Assembly (NCBI GenBank): GCA_023247255.1
Contig: JAHFGV010000003.1
Coordinates: 5,315-69,314 of the forward strand
Length of the DNA stretch: 64,000 nt
Direction of reading: 5' to 3'
From: Candidatus Omnitrophota bacterium
Lineage (GTDB): Bacteria; Omnitrophota; Gorgyraeia; Aquiviventales; Aquiviventaceae
Part shown: positions 17,222-25,508 of the stretch, piece after piece
Layout: each line of letters starts with the position of its first letter
How positions within the stretch are numbered: position 1 is the stretch's first letter
Notes under the pieces: model-generated
The model's database searches: none
The model's input: the letters and a program-made list of their open reading frames with translations, nothing else
Told to the model about the DNA's origin: nothing
Translations under genes and position numbers: made by a program

Positions 17222-18163
17222 CTACGAGCCAGCCACCGGGTTACGGCCTCTGCCAATGGTGCTGCCCAATCGAGTCTGCGCAGTGTCGAGTCGTTTGAGA
17301 ATCTCTGGAACCAGATCTTCCCATCCGAGGGGATAGAGGTGAACGCCATCCGCCACCTCGCGAATTGCTTGGATGAGTTCTACCGCCACGGCTACGCATT
17401 CCGCTCGTCGATCTTGGGATCGCTCAAACCGATCGATCAGGGCTTCTGGCACGCAAATGCCCCAGACGTGCGCGTTCATGTACCGGGCCATTTTGGCTGA
17501 TTTGACCAACAGGATTCCTGCCAGTACCGGCTTGCCAGAGGGCCTTGCCCGTTCCATAAACGCTCGGAGAGCCAAGACGTCAAAAACGGCCTGGGTTTGA
17601 AAAAACTGGGCACCACCGTCGATTTTGGCCTGAAACTTCTGCATCTCGACATCGAGGTCTTTGGCTCCAGGATCGGCGGCCGCCCCGATGCAGAACTGAG
17701 GGATTCCCACGAGATCTTTTCCAGCCATATCCTTGCCTTGCGTGAGCCCTTTGGCTACCTTCATCAAAGTTGCCGAGTTGATATCAAAAACCGGCTTGGC
17801 CTCTGGATGATCGCCAGCTTTCGGATCGTCTCCGGTCAAAAGCAACAGGTTCTGAACCCCCAATATCGAGGCACCCAGAAGATCGGCTTGGAGGGCGAGT
17901 CGATTGCGATCACGACAGGTCATTTGTAAAATCGGATCCACCCCCGCATCGAGAATGACTTTGGCCACCGCAAGGGAACAAGCTCGCATCATGGCTCCTG
18001 AGCCATCGGTGACGTTGATGGCATCCACTTGACCTCGGACAGCATCAACGGCCCGTGTGATTTCTGAAAGATCCGTCCCTTTTGGAGGATTGACCTCCAT
18101 CGTCACTAGGAAGGGTTTCTTGCCGAGTTTCTGCTGAAATCTCTCGGTGTCAACGAAGCTCAT
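17222..18163 (-). CDS. metF: 5,10-methylenetetrahydrofolate reductase
   Basis: FLVTMEVNPPKG...INVTDGSGAMMR...FFQTQAVFD motifs. Start is uncertain; the track ORF begins 30 codons upstream. Confidence 0.8.
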   Translation of the reverse strand: MSFVDTERFQQKLGKKPFLVTMEVNPPKGTDLSEITRAVDAVRGQVDAINVTDGSGAMMRACSLAVAKVILDAGVDPILQMTCRDRNRLALQADLLGASILGVQNLLLLTGDDPKAGDHPEAKPVFDINSATLMKVAKGLTQGKDMAGKDLVGIPQFCIGAAADPGAKDLDVEMQKFQAKIDGGAQFFQTQAVFDVLALRAFMERARPSGKPVLAGILLVKSAKMARYMNAHVWGICVPEALIDRFERSQDRRAECVAVAVELIQAIREVADGVHLYPLGWEDLVPEILKRLDTAQTRLGSTIGRGRNPVAGS

Positions 18164-18266
18164 CTTTGGGTTTGCGGGTTTGCGTGTTTGTAGGTTTACG
18201 CGTTGACGGGGCTGTGCGTTGGCATGCTCCCCCAAGAACGCGCCAACGGGCAAGCCCGCTCACTCG

Positions 18267-19163
18267 CTAACGCCGTTGCCACTTAAACGCCTCAACCGTA
18301 TTCTTCATCACCATCATCACGGTCACCGGGCCAACCCCTCCGGGTACAGGTGAGATATAGGCGGCACGTTTGAGCGCTTCGTCGAACTCAACGTCTCCCA
18401 CCACGCGTTTGTTGACCACGTTAATCCCGACATCGATCACAATGGCCCCGGATTTTATCCAACTTCCTTTAATCAACTGAGGCTTACCGACGGCTACCAC
18501 TAGAACATCCGCTTGCCGCACGTGAGACTCCAGGCGTCCGGCCCGATCGGTACCGACGTGGCAGATCGTCGTAGTCGCCAGCTTATCCAAAAGCAGCATG
18601 CTTACAGGTCGCCCCACAATTTCACTGTGGCCTACGACCACGGCTTCTTTTCCCTCAAGCGCAACGCCCGTTGACTCGATGAGCTCCATCACAGCCAGAG
18701 CCGTGCAGGAACCGATACGGGCTTTGGCGAAGAATCGACGCGCACAGTTGGCTGGGTGAATACCCTCCACATCCTTGCGGGGATCGATGAGGGCAGAAAC
18801 GCGTTGGGCATCGATCTGCACAGGCATGGGCTGGTGAACAAAAATCCCATGGACGCTGGGATCATCGTTCCACCATTGAATAATCCGTTCCACCTCTGGC
18901 TGGGGAATATTCCAGGGACACGAGACACTCCCTGTCTTGTAAGACTCACGGCCAGACTTATCTACCCCAGTACCAATCTCAAGAGCCGCCGCTGCAACGC
19001 GCTGCGCTTGCCAATAGACTTGGGATGCCGTCGTGTCGAAATAGAGTACCCGAAGTTGCGGATGCGCTCGTAGAACCGCAGTCTCTTCCTTCAAAAGCGT
19101 CTGCTTAATTCGTTCAGCGATTTTCCTGCCATCCAACACCTGATGCGTCCCCATCGTTCGCAA
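18267..19163 (-). CDS. folD: Bifunctional methylene-THF dehydrogenase / methenyl-THF cyclohydrolase
   Basis: HGIFVHQPMP...INPRKDVEGIHP...VVVGHSEIVGRP...PVPGGVGPVTV. Confidence 0.95.
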   Translation of the reverse strand: MRTMGTHQVLDGRKIAERIKQTLLKEETAVLRAHPQLRVLYFDTTASQVYWQAQRVAAAALEIGTGVDKSGRESYKTGSVSCPWNIPQPEVERIIQWWNDDPSVHGIFVHQPMPVQIDAQRVSALIDPRKDVEGIHPANCARRFFAKARIGSCTALAVMELIESTGVALEGKEAVVVGHSEIVGRPVSMLLLDKLATTTICHVGTDRAGRLESHVRQADVLVVAVGKPQLIKGSWIKSGAIVIDVGINVVNKRVVGDVEFDEALKRAAYISPVPGGVGPVTVMMVMKNTVEAFKWQRR

Positions 19164-19172
19164 GGATAAACG

Positions 19173-19718
19173 TTATCGAAACTGTTGGTGGCGGAGCCTT
19201 TGTTGCATCCGCCTACGGTAGCGCGGATCGTCAGTCCATGCCACGTTTGCCAAGATAAAACCGCGCGCCGCTTCACTGGAAGCCTTGGCGAGAGCTCTGG
19301 CGCAACGTAGATCCGATTCCAATCGAGGCTTCAGTTTCCGTCCAGATTTGTGACAGGTTCTTTCCACCCATCGCGCATGTTGCAAGACTTTCCACTGAAG
19401 CTCGGTAGCTACTTGCAGGGCGCGACGGATCTTGACACGATCCTTTTGGCGAGTCTGCCGGATTACCTCGGCGAAAGCCTCCGCATCTTGCCGAACCAGC
19501 TTGGCACATTCCCTGCGAATATAGAGGCACTTGCGCGCCATCGCTGAACTGACCTGCAATTTCTCAAAGAGGGCGGCGGCTAAAGCCGTGCTCATCGCTG
19601 CCACGCTGCCACCTCCCAGCCAACAGCCCGGTCGAGCCACTTCATCCAAGAATGATTCCAATGATCCTGACAAGCTCGTTGCCTTGTGTTTTCCTTCTGT
19701 GGGTGACGTACGAGGCAT
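19173..19718 (-). CDS. Cyclodeaminase/cyclohydrolase family protein (FTCD-C / methenyl-THF cyclohydrolase-like)
   Basis: All-alpha protein with WLGGGSVAAMSTALAAALFEKL, typical of the formiminotransferase-cyclodeaminase C-domain / FchA family. Confidence 0.65.
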   Translation of the reverse strand: MPRTSPTEGKHKATSLSGSLESFLDEVARPGCWLGGGSVAAMSTALAAALFEKLQVSSAMARKCLYIRRECAKLVRQDAEAFAEVIRQTRQKDRVKIRRALQVATELQWKVLQHARWVERTCHKSGRKLKPRLESDLRCARALAKASSEAARGFILANVAWTDDPRYRRRMQQRLRHQQFR

Positions 19719-19857
19719 TATATGTGAAAAAAATCACAGGTTCAACTTACAAGCGACCGTTCTTACACCCCGGGGGTGTAATCGAGGGCAAACAAGCATC
19801 TTCGGATACCACAGTTCTCATCGAGTGTTTCATCGGTCACTGACTGAGGGGGTTAGA

Positions 19858-20925
19858 TTACGAACCGCTTGCATAACTATTGATGCGGTGAATCATCTGA
19901 ATCAATCGACCGTAGCTTTTGCGGTCGAATCGAAGAAGCAAACGGGTGAGTCCTTCCAATTCAGGTTCATCCCCTTCCTCGCGTAACGCCCCCGCCTGAC
20001 GAATGGTGCCGCTGGCTAACAGATCGCGGAATCTCAGATTAAGATCTTCGACAGATGCATCCGAAAGACGATGAGACAAACGCATGGCTAGAACCGAACC
20101 GACAGAGCGCATGGAATGGTAAACATGGTAAAACTGCCGCACTTTATCCACCGCTTCCTGCGCCGAACGCGCTACTTGGTAGATGCCCTTCTCCGAAGGG
20201 CTGATCATTCCCTCTCGAACCAGCTTTTGTTCAAAAAATCGAAGCAAAGGACGCCAAAACGGCCGATCCGGACTCTCCACAAACACAATGGGTCGAGGAT
20301 CCGATTTGCCTGTCTGCACCAACGTCAAGGATTCAAATCCTTCGTCGAGAGTGCCGAATCCTCCGGGAAACAAGACGGTGGCATGGGATTCCTTGATGAA
20401 CAGGAGCTTTCGAGTGAAAAAGTATTTGCAGTTAATCAGCTTGGGGTCCTGGGCGATCACGACATTCGCTTTCTGTTCAAAAGGAAGGCGAATGTTCAAG
20501 CCAAAGCTCCGGTCCGATCCTGCCCCTTCATGTCCGGCTCGCATGATTCCACTGGCAGCCCCGGTGATTACCATCCAGCCGGCACCGTTCATCAGGCGCC
20601 CGAACGCTTTGGCCTCGCGGTAGGCCGAATGTCGGCTGGAAATGCGCGCCGAACCAAACAGGGCTACTTTCCTCACATGACGGTAGGGACGGAAAATTTC
20701 AAACGCATAGCGAAGCTCCTTCAGGGCTGTGTTGAGAATCTTTAAATCACCGGTTGAGGACCGCTTCTCACCCAAGCGGTAGACCGAAACGACCATTTCA
20801 ATGAGGAGCCTGCGGTCAAAGGGATCCGCCACATCTTTCAGCAATTGAGCAATCTGCGCATCCACTTGCTTATGGTGGGTGCTGTAAGCAATCTCGAATC
20901 GCTGGTGAGAAACGGATTGGCTCAT
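19858..20925 (-). CDS. LOG-family protein, long form (PpnN-like nucleotide 5'-monophosphate nucleosidase type)
   Basis: VALFGSAR...PGGFGTLDEGFE Rossmann/LOG motif, with ~70-aa N-terminal and ~100-aa C-terminal extensions. Confidence 0.7.
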   Translation of the reverse strand: MSQSVSHQRFEIAYSTHHKQVDAQIAQLLKDVADPFDRRLLIEMVVSVYRLGEKRSSTGDLKILNTALKELRYAFEIFRPYRHVRKVALFGSARISSRHSAYREAKAFGRLMNGAGWMVITGAASGIMRAGHEGAGSDRSFGLNIRLPFEQKANVVIAQDPKLINCKYFFTRKLLFIKESHATVLFPGGFGTLDEGFESLTLVQTGKSDPRPIVFVESPDRPFWRPLLRFFEQKLVREGMISPSEKGIYQVARSAQEAVDKVRQFYHVYHSMRSVGSVLAMRLSHRLSDASVEDLNLRFRDLLASGTIRQAGALREEGDEPELEGLTRLLLRFDRKSYGRLIQMIHRINSYASGS

Positions 20926-20926
20926 G

Positions 20927-21100
20927 ATTCCAACCCTGCCATTGCGCCCCCAACCCTCGACGATTGCATCACGATATTGTCGATTAACGATTGTCGATTT
21001 TCGATTGAACAGCGGTTTTCAATCGACGATCCAAAATCGACAATCGAAAATTCCAAGGTGTGGGAGTGCCGCTGCCCCAGGCTCATCCTGTGGGGCTCCA
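20927..21100. mobile_element. Palindrome-rich repeat, family A (tcgattttcgattgaacagcggttttcaatcgacgatccaaaatcgacaatcgaaaattcc core)
   Basis: Near-identical copies at 34596-34760 and 35372-35578. Tandem partial copies in opposite orientation at 58040-58310. A fragment at 29213-29290. Confidence 0.8.
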
Positions 21101-21103
21101 CCC

Positions 21104-21137
21104 GATTAATAAATTTTGCGAAGCAAAATTTATGGGT
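21104..21137. promoter_or_regulatory. 27-bp perfect palindrome AATAAATTTTGCGAAGCAAAATTTATT (family C), 5' of the amidase gene
   Basis: The same palindrome occurs at 22753-22787 (at the yraN start) and 25471-25504 (upstream of rpsP). Confidence 0.5.
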
Positions 21138-21207
21138 ATAGCAATTCTCCCGAAGATTTTGTACAATCCCCATTATGAGGCTGGGCCTTCGTGGGGCCTC
21201 TTGGGAA

Positions 21208-22023
21208 ATGAAGCCATCCGGAAAGTCTCTCTACCACCGAGGCGTTTGCTGGCAAGGTTGGGCATTTGTCTTCAGTGCGACGGTTGGAATCGGCTGTAGC
21301 GCCAGCTTTCCACGCCAAGAACCTTTGGTATTTTCCCACCCACAACTGCCGGCGCATCTCCCCTCCGGCCTTGTGACTCATGAGGTTCTTCCCAAAGAAA
21401 CCCTCTGGGCCATCGGGAAACGCTATCATATCTCTGCCGAGGCGATCCTGCGCGCCAATCATCTGACCGACGCCACTAAAATCCCCGTTGGACTCATCCT
21501 CATCATTCCTCGCCCAGAAGTTCCTCGGCTGGTGCCGATCTATCCCAGTCGAGGCCAGTGGACGCATATCGTCATTCATCACAGCGCCACGGTCTACGGA
21601 AATGCCTCGCTTCTCGATCGAGCCCACCGCAAACGGGGATTCAGCAACGGCTTGGGGTATCATTTCGTAATCAACAATGGAACATCAGGCCGCAAAGACG
21701 GGCAAATTGAGATCGGCCACCGCTGGAAACGCCAGCAAGCTGGCGCTCATTGCAATGCCGGTGGAATGAATACCCATGGCATCGGTATCTGCTTGGTGGG
21801 GGATTTCACCAATCATACAATCTCTCAGGCGCAGATGGAATCCCTCATCGGATTGGTGCATCAGCTTTCTGTCGCCTACCATATCCCCCCGGCGCGAGTC
21901 ATTCGACATCGGGACGTCCGCGGAAAGATCACAGCCTGTCCCGGGGATCGCTTTCCATGGACTGAATTTAAACGTCGGTTCCTCTGGCACCTGAGCCAGC
22001 CATCCTCTGATGGCACTTTCTGA
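21208..22023 (+). CDS. LysM-domain N-acetylmuramoyl-L-alanine amidase (Amidase_2/PGRP family), probable lipoprotein
   Basis: Signal peptide/lipobox (VGIGCSAS), a LysM segment (HEVLPKETLWAIGKRYHISAEAILRANHL) and an Amidase_2 domain (HIVIHHSAT...HCNAGGMN.HGIGICLVGDF...HRD...ACPG). Confidence 0.8.
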   Translation: MKPSGKSLYHRGVCWQGWAFVFSATVGIGCSASFPRQEPLVFSHPQLPAHLPSGLVTHEVLPKETLWAIGKRYHISAEAILRANHLTDATKIPVGLILIIPRPEVPRLVPIYPSRGQWTHIVIHHSATVYGNASLLDRAHRKRGFSNGLGYHFVINNGTSGRKDGQIEIGHRWKRQQAGAHCNAGGMNTHGIGICLVGDFTNHTISQAQMESLIGLVHQLSVAYHIPPARVIRHRDVRGKITACPGDRFPWTEFKRRFLWHLSQPSSDGTF

Positions 22024-22310
22024 AAAACTGTTTCCTGTTTTATGTGTCATGAGTGATGGAAAGCAAAAGGAGCACTTTGGCCCTGTCTGAGATGCCTGCC
22101 TATTTTCTGCTTTTTCATGACACATAAACCATGAAACATAACACAGACGTGAGTAGTGGAAATTAAAACCATGATTTACTTTCTTCTTGGCCCTGGGCCA
22201 CTAATCTCGATGCATTTTGCAAAACATCAGTCATTACTTCTCTTGGAACACGACACAACACTCGGTCAACGCGTTGGCTATTTTTGCAAAAGCCCAGTGA
22301 TCACTCAATC
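22024..22310. mobile_element. MITE-like element, family B (composite copy)
   Basis: Core ggaaagcaaaaggagcactttggccctgtctgagatgcctgcctattttctgc, TGTCATGA arms, and ttttgcaaaa end modules. Confidence 0.7.
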
Positions 22311-22756
22311 CACTCATCCGCACTGAAGGCCCCGCGGATCAATTGTATCTTAGGTCGGTGGGGTGGGTGGGAATTTCCCCAGTCAACGGCCACGACGTCA
22401 AACCGGGCCTCTGGCAGCTTAATCGGACGTCGGTGCCAATACCACCGGGCTGCTTTTTGTATCCGCCGACGTTTGCGATTGGTGATCGATGCCAAAGGCC
22501 CACCCCATTTTTCCGATCCTGTGGAACGGACTTCGATAAAGCAAAGGGTCCGGCCCTCTTGCGCGATCAGATCGATCTCACCGACTGGAAAACGGACATT
22601 TCGCTCCAGCACCTCAAAGCCATTGGCTCTAAGAAAAGCACAAGCGAGTCGCTCTGCCTGTTTGCCCCTGCTTTTGCGGATATCAGCTGTTGTGCGGGGC
22701 TTCCACCAAGATATCCGAAGTCTGCTCAGTAGCCGGGATAATCGGTGATTGTCCAT
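22301..22756 (-). CDS. yraN: YraN-family (UPF0102) predicted endonuclease
   Basis: GEIDLIAQEGRTLCFIEVRSTGSEKWGGPLASI...RFDVVAV, a typical YraN core. The track ORF carries a repeat-derived N-terminal extension. Confidence 0.75.
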   Translation of the reverse strand: MDNHRLSRLLSRLRISWWKPRTTADIRKSRGKQAERLACAFLRANGFEVLERNVRFPVGEIDLIAQEGRTLCFIEVRSTGSEKWGGPLASITNRKRRRIQKAARWYWHRRPIKLPEARFDVVAVDWGNSHPPHRPKIQLIRGAFSADEWIE

Positions 22757-22787
22757 AAATTTTGCTTCGCAAAATTTATTAACCGGG
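22753..22787. promoter_or_regulatory. Family C 27-bp palindrome overlapping the yraN start / 5' UTR
   Basis: ccataaattttgcttcgcaaaatttattaaccggg. Confidence 0.5.
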
Positions 22788-22847
22788 CAATGCCTCAGAG
22801 ATGGCGCGGAATCGATGGGGGAACCCTTGACATACATGACGTGTATG

Positions 22848-23618
22848 TCAAGGAGGGATGGCTCCTCGGGCCGAAGGCCCGTCGGACGAAGTCAGTATAG
22901 TGGAACCGCCACGGGTTCTACCCATGGGGTGCTTCCCTGGCCGTGCGGATAAATTCCGCAACCCCGTCTCCGCCACCTGCCGAATCGCCAACAGCGAGCT
23001 GCGAAGCGGCGGTTTGCCTGCAGCAAACCCCATCAGGTGGTGGGGCGAAGCGAAATCTATGCTGGATTGAGCCACCGGGTTGAAAGTGAGTCGATGCAGA
23101 ATGCATGGCCCCCACATCTGAAGGGCTTGCCTATGAAGAGTCGTTCCATACCCTTTGTGCCGGCTAAATTGATAATGGGGGTATAGGGTATCGTAGAAGG
23201 TCATCAGACGGTCACGCAATACCTTGGCAACAATCGAGGCACAGCTAATCACGTAGCTGCGTTGATCACCATGCACGATGGGCCGGCAAGGAATGCATGA
23301 TGGAGGCGCATCCCTACCATCCACCAGAACAAGCTTAGGCACTCGGGGAAGTTGCTGAATCGCCTCGGCCATCGCAAGGAGAGTGGCTTGGAGAATATTC
23401 CGTCGATCAATTTCCTGCGCACAGACAATCCCAACGCCTACTTCCGCGTTTTCAGAGATGGCTTCAAAGGCCCGCAAGCGCTGGGAGGCAGTCAAGCGTT
23501 TCGAATCGTCGATTCGAACGCTCAATCGCCGCCGTCTTAAAACCACGGCAGCCGCAACCACTGGCCCGGCCCAGGGTCCCCGCCCTGCTTCATCGACACC
23601 CGCTATCCGTGAACCCAT
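22848..23618 (-). CDS. rnhB: Ribonuclease HII, with a repeat-derived C-terminal extension
   Basis: IAGVDEAGRGPWAGPVVAAAVVL...DDSKRLT...HKGYG. The reading frame continues ~60 aa beyond the usual RNase HII end, through a family F repeat. Confidence 0.85.
   Translation of the reverse strand: MGSRIAGVDEAGRGPWAGPVVAAAVVLRRRRLSVRIDDSKRLTASQRLRAFEAISENAEVGVGIVCAQEIDRRNILQATLLAMAEAIQQLPRVPKLVLVDGRDAPPSCIPCRPIVHGDQRSYVISCASIVAKVLRDRLMTFYDTLYPHYQFSRHKGYGTTLHRQALQMWGPCILHRLTFNPVAQSSIDFASPHHLMGFAAGKPPLRSSLLAIRQVAETGLRNLSARPGKHPMGRTRGGSTILTSSDGPSARGAIPP
22975..23052. repeat. Repeat family F (tcgccaac.gcgagc.gc..agc..cggtttgcctgcagcaaacccc..caggtggtggggcgaagc)
   Basis: Second copy at 63733-63815. Confidence 0.6.
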
Positions 23619-23634
23619 GGAATACGATTTCGAT

Positions 23635-24234
23635 TCAAGCGGTTTGTACAGGTTTTTTCGCTCGTTGGCCTGAAGCTGCCTGGGGGGATTTTCCTGTGCC
23701 GGTCCAGGAATCGGGAGGAGTACTTTTCTTAGTCGCTTGTTCCTCCGCCGTTTTTGTACCCGCTGGCTGTGAATCTGGGCTCGATGCCGGTGCGGATGGA
23801 GAATCCTCCAAGCGTTGGGAACCGGAAGGCATCGGCTCTTCGGAAGGAACAGCAACCGTGCGGGTATCTTGAGAAGACGGTGACGAAGAACCCCCTTGCT
23901 GTGCGGTCTCAAGCCGAACCCTCTTGACGACAGCGCGCAGGAAGTACAGGCGGCTTCGCTTGACCTTGCCGTGTCTGAGCACCTCAATGCGTTCAATCAC
24001 AGGGGCATCCAGAGGAAACACGCGTTCCACCCCTTCCCCATAGGTCACCCGACGCACGGTAATGGTCTTTGATGATCCAGAGCCTCGGTAGCGAATCACC
24101 ACACCCTCAAATTGAGCCAGGCGTTCTCTATCCTGCTCCCGAATCTTGAACCACACTCGCACGTCATCCCCGGTTCTCAATGAACCTGTAGATGGTTGTT
24201 TCGTTACTCCATGCACCCACTTCATCCAATCCAT
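23635..24234 (-). CDS. rplS: 50S ribosomal protein L19 with ~75-aa low-complexity C-terminal extension
   Basis: FEGVVIRYRGSGSSKTITVRRVTYGEGVERVFPLDAPVIERIEVLRHGKVKRSRLYFLR is the canonical L19 core. It is followed by an S/P/A/Q/K-rich tail. Confidence 0.85.
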   Translation of the reverse strand: MDWMKWVHGVTKQPSTGSLRTGDDVRVWFKIREQDRERLAQFEGVVIRYRGSGSSKTITVRRVTYGEGVERVFPLDAPVIERIEVLRHGKVKRSRLYFLRAVVKRVRLETAQQGGSSSPSSQDTRTVAVPSEEPMPSGSQRLEDSPSAPASSPDSQPAGTKTAEEQATKKSTPPDSWTGTGKSPQAASGQRAKKPVQTA

Positions 24235-24295
24235 TACATCCCTCTCTGTTTTCTACCCCTTAAGCGGGGCTTCAAGCCATTTCAAAACAGAATGA

Positions 24296-25006
24296 CTATT
24301 TATCTGATTGGTCCACCAGGTCCGGACGGCTAGCCCCTGTCCGTTGAACAGCTTGAAGCTTGCGCCATCGGTCGATTTGCTGATGGTTACCCGTTCGCAG
24401 AACGCCAGGAACCTCAAGCCCCTTAAAGACAGGCGGCCGGGTGTATTGGGGATACTCCAATAGATTCTGCATGAATGATTCTTCAACTGTGGCTTGCTCA
24501 TGGCCGATCACACCCGGTACGAATCGTGCCACACAATCAATCAGGACCAAGGCGGGCAGCTCGCCTCCGGTGAGGACATAATCACCGATGGAAACCAAGC
24601 AAGCGTTAAGAAGAATGTTCACCCGCTCATCCACCCCTTCGTAATGCCCACACAGAACAATCACATGTTCTCGCCCAGCAAGGGTCTGAGCCATGGCACT
24701 GGAAAGCTTTTCACCAGTCGGGCTCATGAGCAGGGTCTGGCAACGATCCGGCAAAGTTCCGTGGTCTGGGCAAACCTTGGCTTTAATCGCCGTTACGGCT
24801 TCACACAAAGGCTCCGGTTTCATGATCATGCCTGGGCCGCCGCCATACGGACGGTCATCCACCGTTCGGTGCCTGTCGTGGGTATAGTCACGCAGATCAT
24901 GGATTACGACCTGGAGCTTGCCGTCTCGTTGCCCCCGTCGGAGAATGGACTCATTCAGGATTGCGGGAAACATGTGGGGAAAAATCGTAACGACGTCGAT
25001 CCGCAT
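24296..25006 (-). CDS. trmD: tRNA (guanine37-N1)-methyltransferase
   Basis: MRIDVVTIFPHMF...DDRPYGGGPGMIMKPEP...VLTGGELPA SPOUT knot motifs. Confidence 0.95.
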   Translation of the reverse strand: MRIDVVTIFPHMFPAILNESILRRGQRDGKLQVVIHDLRDYTHDRHRTVDDRPYGGGPGMIMKPEPLCEAVTAIKAKVCPDHGTLPDRCQTLLMSPTGEKLSSAMAQTLAGREHVIVLCGHYEGVDERVNILLNACLVSIGDYVLTGGELPALVLIDCVARFVPGVIGHEQATVEESFMQNLLEYPQYTRPPVFKGLEVPGVLRTGNHQQIDRWRKLQAVQRTGASRPDLVDQSDK

Positions 25007-25071
25007 CGTAGTTGTGCCCTCGTTATGCTGATACAAACGAATTATCTAACGCGACAATGCCAGGTGTATTT

Positions 25072-25135
25072 GCCCCGAACCCGGAACCCTCAACCCAGAA
25101 CTACGAAGGGTTTTTCCGCAGCCTGCTAGCCACTC
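25072..25135. repeat. Family D repeat between trmD and rpsP
   Basis: ccgaacccggaaccctcaacccagaactacgaagggtttttccgcagcctgctagcc. Confidence 0.6.
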
Positions 25136-25170
25136 AAAGGCCGATCCAGAATTGGCCCCGTCATGCGTAG

Positions 25171-25434
25171 TTATGAAGAAGTCAGCGGCTTTACCGAAAT
25201 GTGCTTGAAGCGTTTGACGAGTCGCGCAACCGCCTCGCTCATCTGTGCCCCATAGGAAACCCAGTAAGCCAGCCGTGACTCGTCCAACTCAAACACAACA
25301 GGATCGCGCGCCGGATTATAATGCCCAAGAATCTCAAGCGTCCGCCCTCCTTGGGCACGTTGGCGGTCAGCCACCACAATCCGATGGTGCGGGACTTTCT
25401 TCGTCCCACGCCGCTGCAATCGAATCACTACCAT
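25171..25434 (-). CDS. rpsP: 30S ribosomal protein S16
   Basis: MVVIRLQRRGTKKVPHHRIVVADRQRAQGGRTLEILGHYNP. No rimM gene lies between rpsP and trmD. Confidence 0.95.
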   Translation of the reverse strand: MVVIRLQRRGTKKVPHHRIVVADRQRAQGGRTLEILGHYNPARDPVVFELDESRLAYWVSYGAQMSEAVARLVKRFKHISVKPLTSS

Positions 25435-25470
25435 CCGCAACCCTCCGCTTAGCTATGTCCTGCAAAGAAA

Positions 25471-25504
25471 CCCGTTAATAAATTTTGCGAAGCAAAATTT
25501 ATGG
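25471..25504. promoter_or_regulatory. Family C 27-bp palindrome ~35 nt upstream of rpsP
   Basis: cccgttaataaattttgcgaagcaaaatttatgg. Confidence 0.5.
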
Positions 25505-25508
25505 CAAA

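Noticed and set aside
20922-21173. Conserved ~50-codon open frame (…GQRHSHTLEFSIVDFGSSIENRCSIENRQS…) present in every family A repeat copy; considered as a repeat-encoded mini-protein
   Set aside because: Conservation follows DNA-level repeat identity. The frame is open in only one orientation by chance in a palindromic, stop-poor sequence. There is no independent start/RBS pattern, and the copies differ in reading context. Treated as non-coding repeat.
21130-21663. 177-aa minus-strand ORF opposite the LysM-amidase gene
   Set aside because: Antisense to a well-supported plus-strand amidase with LysM and Amidase_2 motifs.
25037-25170. Expected rimM/KH-domain gene between rpsP and trmD
   Set aside because: Only 134 bp is available and it is occupied by a family D repeat. 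No ORF. rimM is simply absent from this position.
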